From NCBI GenBank assembly GCA_977020255.1, contig CDROCS010000506.1, forward strand, positions 1,612,001 to 1,676,000: a stretch of DNA of 64,000 bases, read 5' to 3'. Position numbers and translations under genes: made by a program. A model generated the notes under the pieces. The model made no database searches, was not told the DNA's origin, and saw only the letters and a list, made by a program, of their open reading frames with translations. This document shows, one piece after another, positions 58,338 to 64,000 of this stretch. Each line of letters starts with the position of its first letter. Position 1 is the first letter of the stretch. This DNA is from Obrimoposthia wandeli. Lineage: Eukaryota.

Positions 58338-58811
58338 ATGGTAAAAAATATGAGTGAAAAACAAGATCTGTTAGTAAAAGCATTTAAAGGCTTACTTAAA
58401 GAAGAACACCTAGGCTCACAAAGCGAGATTGTCGATGCGCTTAAAGATCAAGGCTTTGATAGTGTTAACCAATCTAAAGTATCACGCATGCTCAGCAAAT
58501 TTGGTGCTGTACGCACGCGCAATGCCAAAGATGAAATGGTGTACTGTCTACCTGCAGAGCTAGGCGTACCAACTATTAGCAGCCAGTTAAAAAGCTTAGT
58601 ATTAGACATTAGCCATAATGAATGCCTGATTGTGATCCAAACCAGTCCTGGTTCGGCGCAATTAATCGCACGTTTATTAGATTCATTAGGGCGTACAGAA
58701 GGTATTTTGGGCACGATTGCTGGAGATGATACTATTTTCATCACCCCGACGAGTACCAGCATTATTACTGAAGTAGATAGTGCAGTAAAAGAATTGTTCG
58801 AATATATCTAG
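58338..58811 (+). CDS. argR: Arginine repressor
   Basis: [43 protein letters not shown]. Confidence 0.97.
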   Translation: MVKNMSEKQDLLVKAFKGLLKEEHLGSQSEIVDALKDQGFDSVNQSKVSRMLSKFGAVRTRNAKDEMVYCLPAELGVPTISSQLKSLVLDISHNECLIVIQTSPGSAQLIARLLDSLGRTEGILGTIAGDDTIFITPTSTSIITEVDSAVKELFEYI

Positions 58812-58842
58812 CAGTTAACACAAACAACTGCGAAGCTGAATT

Positions 58843-58879
58843 ACATGTTTGGCGCTGATATTTATCACGCCAAACATGT
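58843..58879. terminator. Long hairpin between convergent argR and fbpC
   Basis: ACATGTTTGGCG-C-TGATA-TT-TATCA-CGCCAAACATGT. Confidence 0.6.
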
Positions 58880-58887
58880 CTCTTTAT

Positions 58888-58938
58888 AAGTCCTTAACTG
58901 TTAAAAGTCCTTAACTGTTAAAGGTCCTTAACAGCTAA
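58888..58938. repeat. 17-bp tandem repeat, three units
   Basis: AAGTCCTTAACTGTTAA, AAGTCCTTAACTGTTAA, AGGTCCTTAACAGCTAA; the last unit overlaps the fbpC stop codon. Confidence 0.85.
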
Positions 58939-60005
58939 TCACGATCAAACAACACCAAGTCATGTGCTGCCACTGTCACATCAACCATATCGCCGACCTG
59001 CATAGGTTGTTGCATCGATACCGATAACTCTAAACAACCCTCTCCTAGCGTTTTATCTGCTAAACAGATCGTACAATGCGTCGTCATGCCTAAGAATTGT
59101 TGTCGGCTGATAGTAGCGATACCCTGCTCGACAACTTGTAACTGTAATTGTTGTGGGCGTATTGCTAACAGTTTTTGCTCGCCAACCGCTGCGGTTAATG
59201 CTTTTTTACTGCGAATCACACCTAATACTGTTTGCACACTGTGCGCATCTAATACCACTGCATCTAAGTAATTTACTTTACCTAAGAAATCAGCGACAAA
59301 GCGCGTAGCAGGTTGATTATATAACTCGCTTGGCGTACCCAATTGCTCAATCTTACCTTGATGAAAAACAGCTAAGCGATCCGCAAAAGCAAACGCTTCT
59401 TCTTTACTGTGAGTAACAAAGATCGCGCTCATGTTGTGCGATTTAAGTAAACCACGCATCTCTTCAATCAAATGATGACGCACTTGGCTATCAATATTAG
59501 AGAAAGGTTCATCCAATAATAATAACTCTGGAGAACAGGCTAACGCACGGGCAATCGCCACACGTTGTTGTTGACCACCTGATAACTGATGTGGATAGCG
59601 ATCAGCGAACTCGGTCAGATTAACTAATTTAAGCACATAGTCCAGCGTCTCTTTTTGCTTAGCCTTAGTTTGTTTATATTGGCTAAACAACACATTATCA
59701 GTCACGGTCAAATGCGGAAATAATGCATAATCCTGAAAAATCATACCGACATTACGTTTTTCAGGTGCTAAATTAAGATCGGCATTATCAACTACCTGAC
59801 CATTAATCTCGATACTACCTTGCGTTGGCGGTAATAACCCTGCAATCAATTTTAATGTCGTGGTTTTACCACAGCCGCTTGGCCCTAATAAACACAAGAT
59901 TTCATTTTTGCCTAGCTCTAGATCCAGTCCTGTTAAAATATCAACGCCAGCATAACTACAATGTAGATCTGAAATACGTAAAGCAAGTGAAGAAGATGTA
60001 GTCAT
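58935..60005 (-). CDS. fbpC: Fe(III) ABC transporter ATPase
   Basis: [43 protein letters not shown]-like tail. Confidence 0.9.
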   Translation of the reverse strand: MTTSSSLALRISDLHCSYAGVDILTGLDLELGKNEILCLLGPSGCGKTTTLKLIAGLLPPTQGSIEINGQVVDNADLNLAPEKRNVGMIFQDYALFPHLTVTDNVLFSQYKQTKAKQKETLDYVLKLVNLTEFADRYPHQLSGGQQQRVAIARALACSPELLLLDEPFSNIDSQVRHHLIEEMRGLLKSHNMSAIFVTHSKEEAFAFADRLAVFHQGKIEQLGTPSELYNQPATRFVADFLGKVNYLDAVVLDAHSVQTVLGVIRSKKALTAAVGEQKLLAIRPQQLQLQVVEQGIATISRQQFLGMTTHCTICLADKTLGEGCLELSVSMQQPMQVGDMVDVTVAAHDLVLFDRD

Positions 60006-61636
60006 CAGTGCTGTTGCTCCAAAGAACGGTTTAAGAAAATAAGCGGAATGAGTCCAACTAACACAATCACAATTGCCGCTAATGCCGCCTGCTCTAACAT
60101 TTCATCAGACGCAAACTGGAAGACGTAAGTAGCCAATGTTTCATAGTTAAATGGACGTAATAATAAGGCCGTTGGCAGTTCTTTCATTGATTCAATGAAC
60201 ACCAACAGAAAACCAGCCAGTATGCCTTTACGGATCAGGGGAATATGCACTTTACGGATCATACTATTCGGGCTGTGCCCCAATGTGCGCGTCACCATAT
60301 CCAACGACGGTGATATCTTATCAATACTGCTTTCTATCGAGCCCACGGCAATCGCCGAAAAACGAATAAGATACGCAAAAATAAGCGCAAAGGTGGTGCC
60401 AGTAAAGACTAAACCAGGTGTCCAATCCCATAACAGCTCAGTGATATCATTGAGTAGAAAATCAGCCGAGGTCAGCGGAATAATAATACCAATCGCCAAT
60501 ACCGTACCAGGTAATGCATAACCCATCGTACTAATACGTGCCGGAATAGCGGCATATTTAGTACCGACTAAACGGCGATACAACCCGAGTAATACAGCGC
60601 AGAAAACCGCTAAGCTCGCCACAATAAGTGCCAAGACTAAACTGTTAGCACTGTATTGGAAAAATTCTGCGGTCCAAGATTCTGCAAAATAGTGCCAAGC
60701 ATAATTTACCAACACCGCAAACGGTAATAAGAAACCAGCGAACACCAATAACCAACACCACGCCATTGCCAGTACTTTTGCACAGCCAGTTAACTGATAA
60801 CGTATTTCTTGTTCATGCAGCATGCTTTTTTGAAATACTTGCTGTTTACGGCGAGCGAAACGCTCTAAACCGACAAACAGTAAAACCACCGATAAAGTCA
60901 TCACCGATAATTGCGCAGCCGCCGTTAAACTGCCGTAACCAATCCAAGTATCGTAAACCGCAGTAGTTAAGGTATTAACAGCAAAATAATTCACCGTAGC
61001 AAAATCAGCCACAGTTTCCATTGCGACTAATGATAGACCTACTGCGATAGCAGGACGTGCAAGCGGTAGCGATACGCGTAAACAACTCGATAGCGGTGAG
61101 CTACCTAACATACGACTGGCTTGAATAAGGCTGGTTGATTGTTCGAGAAATGAGGTACGCGCCAATAAGTACAGGTAAGGATATAATACTAAGGCTAAAA
61201 CGGTTGCAGCGCCGGGAATAGTTCGAATATCAAAGAACCAATAATCACTGGCATTTTCCCAACCAAATACACCACGTAAAGCAATTTGTACTGGCCCTGC
61301 ATAATCAAACATATCAGTATAAATATAAGCAACGATATACGCAGGCATCGCCATCGGTAACATCAGCGCCCACTGTAAACTTTTACGCCCGGGAAAATCA
61401 CACATGGCAATAAGCCAAGCAGCAGGTAAGGCTATTACGCTACTAATTAAGCAAACCAGAAAAACAAGAATAAGGGTATTTTGTACATAATCGAGGAGAA
61501 CGGTATCAATAAGATGCTGAAAAACATCTGCACTGGGGCCTATAGCTTGATAAAACAAAGCTGCAATAGGTAGCGCTAACATGATCGCAATAAACCAACT
61601 ACTAGAATGCCAAGAAATGGCTAACTTATGATTCAT
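60005..61636 (-). CDS. fbpB: Fe(III) ABC transporter permease
   Basis: Duplicated permease domains, LYPYLYLLAR, MKELPTALLLRPFN. Confidence 0.9.
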   Translation of the reverse strand: MNHKLAISWHSSSWFIAIMLALPIAALFYQAIGPSADVFQHLIDTVLLDYVQNTLILVFLVCLISSVIALPAAWLIAMCDFPGRKSLQWALMLPMAMPAYIVAYIYTDMFDYAGPVQIALRGVFGWENASDYWFFDIRTIPGAATVLALVLYPYLYLLARTSFLEQSTSLIQASRMLGSSPLSSCLRVSLPLARPAIAVGLSLVAMETVADFATVNYFAVNTLTTAVYDTWIGYGSLTAAAQLSVMTLSVVLLFVGLERFARRKQQVFQKSMLHEQEIRYQLTGCAKVLAMAWCWLLVFAGFLLPFAVLVNYAWHYFAESWTAEFFQYSANSLVLALIVASLAVFCAVLLGLYRRLVGTKYAAIPARISTMGYALPGTVLAIGIIIPLTSADFLLNDITELLWDWTPGLVFTGTTFALIFAYLIRFSAIAVGSIESSIDKISPSLDMVTRTLGHSPNSMIRKVHIPLIRKGILAGFLLVFIESMKELPTALLLRPFNYETLATYVFQFASDEMLEQAALAAIVIVLVGLIPLIFLNRSLEQQH

Positions 61637-61781
61637 GGACGGAAAAATAACTCCTGTTTAGATACGCGAAAAGGTTGGCGAGTTACAAAGTAACTTTACC
61701 AACCTTTAAATCAGTCTATTAACAACTCATTAAGCCGTAATATCAACTGTTAACCCCTAACAATTTAGGGGTTTATGTATT

Positions 61782-62801
61782 CTACAAGTCGAACTTAACT
61801 TCATCAAGTAGTCTTAGTGCAGCTTTACGATGTTTTGCAATCTCTGCTACTGGCATGTAGTCCGCATTGAACTCGCCCCAAGATGAAACTAACTCAGATG
61901 CTTTGATACCGGCTTTAACAGGGTATTCCATGTTAACTTCAGCATACATTTCTTGTGCTTTCGCGCCAGATAGGTATTCCATTAGTTTAACGGCATTACC
62001 TTTATTCGGTGCATATTTCGCTAATACCATACCAGAAACATTCACGTGCGCGCCGTGGTTTTCTTGGTTAGGGAAGTTAATGTTAACCGCTTCAGCCCAA
62101 GCAACTTGCTTTGGATCACTCAGCATTTTGCCTAAGTAGTAGCTGTTACCAAGTGCAATGCTACAAACGCCTTCTTTAATTGCTTTAACTTGCGCACGAT
62201 CGTTACCTTGTGGTTTACGTGCTAAGTTAGCTTTAAGACCTTCTAACCATACTTTAGCTTCTGCTTCACCGTGATGCGAAATCATTGATGAAATAAGTGC
62301 TACATTGTATGGATGTTTACCTGAACGAGTACAGATTTGACCTTTATATTTAGGGTCTGCAAGTTCTTCATAAGTGATGTTAGCAACGTCGCCATATACT
62401 TCACGTGATGTGTAAATATTACGAACACGTGATGTAAGTGCAAACCATTCGCCATCAGGGTCACGGTATTGCGCTGGAATGTTATCTTCTAATACGTCGC
62501 TTGATACAGGCTGTGTAACACCGAAATCAACAGCTTCAACTAAGCGGCTAATGTCTGTTGTTAGTAATAGATCGGCTTTTGATAAGCGACCTTCACGTTT
62601 CATTCTATCTGCAAGTCCTTTCTTAGCAAATACAATATTGACCTTTACACCAGTATCTTTAGTGTATTGTTCAAGGATCGGATTAAGCAAATTCGCTTGG
62701 CGATTTGAATAAATATTAACTTCTTCACTAGCAAAAGCCGTTGCGCTCATTAGTGACGTTGTTAGTGCCAAAGCAGATAAACCAAATATTCCCTTTTTCA
62801 T
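61782..62801 (-). CDS. fbpA: Fe(III) ABC transporter periplasmic binding protein (FbpA/FutA)
   Basis: EEVNIYSNRQ, RSGKHPYN, GNDRAQ, GNSYY di-tyrosine iron ligands. Confidence 0.92.
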   Translation of the reverse strand: MKKGIFGLSALALTTSLMSATAFASEEVNIYSNRQANLLNPILEQYTKDTGVKVNIVFAKKGLADRMKREGRLSKADLLLTTDISRLVEAVDFGVTQPVSSDVLEDNIPAQYRDPDGEWFALTSRVRNIYTSREVYGDVANITYEELADPKYKGQICTRSGKHPYNVALISSMISHHGEAEAKVWLEGLKANLARKPQGNDRAQVKAIKEGVCSIALGNSYYLGKMLSDPKQVAWAEAVNINFPNQENHGAHVNVSGMVLAKYAPNKGNAVKLMEYLSGAKAQEMYAEVNMEYPVKAGIKASELVSSWGEFNADYMPVAEIAKHRKAALRLLDEVKFDL

Positions 62802-62871
62802 CCTTACCTCTAAATACGAATTGTTTACATTATGGAATGGAGTCTATAAGAATCTCTCAATGAGCACAAGT

Positions 62872-62890
62872 GTGAATGATAATAATTATC
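62872..62890. promoter_or_regulatory. Fur box upstream of fbpA
   Basis: GTGAATGATAATAATTATC, 16 of 19 match to GATAATGATAATCATTATC. Confidence 0.8.
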
Positions 62891-62914
62891 AAAAAGATTA
62901 ACCCAGATCATTAA

Positions 62915-62951
62915 GCCAGTTGGTTTTTATATTGAAGTAAAACCAACTGGC
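62915..62951 (-). terminator. Terminator-like hairpin after RND gene
   Basis: GCCAGTTGGTTTT-N11-AAAACCAACTGGC. Confidence 0.6.
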
Positions 62952-62974
62952 CAAGATGACAATCATAACCTGAC

Positions 62975-64000
62975 TTACAATTCTCGATTATGACGCACTT
63001 TCCACTCTAAAACGTATGCATATAATGCTGGAATAATAATTAACGTAACCAACATCGAAATGATGCAGCCCCATCCGACAACTAACGCCATTGGTGACAT
63101 ATAATTATCATAACCACCCAAGCCATACGCTAAAGGTACTAAACCCACCACAGTAGTGATAGTCGTTAATAAGATAGGTCGAACACGACTCTTGGTTCCT
63201 GTGATGACGAAATCCATGACGTTATCGCGATCTAAAGTGCTAATGGTTGAACGAAAATGCCAAATCAACACTAAGCTGTTATTCACCATAATACCAATTA
63301 AGGCAATCATACCGATAATAGAGAAAAAGCTAAGTACCTGACTATGTAAGAATAAAATAAACAGCGCGCCAGCAATACCAAATGGCACGACAGTCAGAAC
63401 GATTAATGTTTCAATTATGCGGTCAAACAATAATAATAACAGAATGCTGATACCTACAAATGCCATCAATATCGCAATAGTAAAACCTTGCTGCGCTTCA
63501 GCAGTTTCTAATATTTGTCCTGCTGCGACTAATCTAGCCCCCTCATAATCTTGTCCAAAATAATCTTGAGCTGAATCAGCTTGCCCAGAAAACGAGGTCA
63601 TCACACCATCAAATACCGTAATTGGATCTGTCAGAGTTGGGTCTATACCAGAAGACACACGGATCACCCGCTCACCATTATAGTGGCTGATCTGCGATGC
63701 CGACGTTGTATCAACCCAACGAATCAACTTGCTCAGAGGCACTAAACTACCGTCCTTTGCACGAACATTCAGGTTATTCAACTCTGCGAGCGTTTTATCA
63801 TTTTCTTCTAAGCTAATGCGGAAAAACACTTCTTCTTCACCATTGAAAATACGTGATATACGCTCACCTTCGACTGCGTATTTAATTAAATCACCGACTT
63901 GTTGCGCACTAATACCGTAATAATTAAGCCATTGATATTGTAACTGTGCTTCCACACGAGGTTGGCTATCTTGCAAGTCACGGCTAACACGGCTAGTGCC
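62975..64000 (-). CDS. AcrB/CusA-family RND transporter, C-terminal part (runs off right edge)
   Basis: ISHYNGERVIRV, VPFGIAGA, GIMVNNSLVL, RVRPILLTTITTVVGLVPLA, TLIIIPALY; frame stays open to base 64000. Confidence 0.88.
   Translation of the reverse strand, partial: GTSRVSRDLQDSQPRVEAQLQYQWLNYYGISAQQVGDLIKYAVEGERISRIFNGEEEVFFRISLEENDKTLAELNNLNVRAKDGSLVPLSKLIRWVDTTSASQISHYNGERVIRVSSGIDPTLTDPITVFDGVMTSFSGQADSAQDYFGQDYEGARLVAAGQILETAEAQQGFTIAILMAFVGISILLLLLFDRIIETLIVLTVVPFGIAGALFILFLHSQVLSFFSIIGMIALIGIMVNNSLVLIWHFRSTISTLDRDNVMDFVITGTKSRVRPILLTTITTVVGLVPLAYGLGGYDNYMSPMALVVGWGCIISMLVTLIIIPALYAYVLEWKVRHNREL

Noticed and set aside
58888-58938. CRISPR array or integron attC from the TAAC/GTTA-containing repeats
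   Set aside because: Units are contiguous without spacers, there are no cas or intI genes, and no attC-length imperfect palindrome.

Overview
This 64-kb window is AT-rich chromosomal DNA from a marine gammaproteobacterium, probably Moritella or a close relative (inferred from the Mdh sequence and gene order, not from a search). A conserved backbone (tRNA-Leu, RDD, lptGF, pepA-holC-valS, rraB; dusA, zur-cheX, ahpC, alr-dnaB; rplI-rpsR-rpsF; rlmB-rnr-motX; mdh, artPIQM, argR; fbpABC) is interrupted by accessory blocks. The most interesting items are: (1) a 499-aa intein in the DnaB Walker-A loop, carrying a LAGLIDADG endonuclease split by an XRE-type HTH; (2) a chemoreceptor followed by two tandem modules of outer-membrane beta-barrel plus small periplasmic protein, with no ABC transporter, a candidate trans-envelope sensing system; (3) an AraC-controlled operon encoding alkyl-DHAP-synthase-like, GlpD-like and FGGY kinase proteins, possibly for ether-lipid catabolism; (4) an unannotated, heavily deleted proline-hydroxylase-like relic between a LysR gene and an EamA exporter; (5) a stand-alone PBP2, loss of priB from the rpsF operon, and a U-U mismatch in the tRNA-Leu anticodon stem. 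I saw no CRISPR array, rRNA, integrase or transposase. All family assignments come from motif recognition and recall, not database searches.
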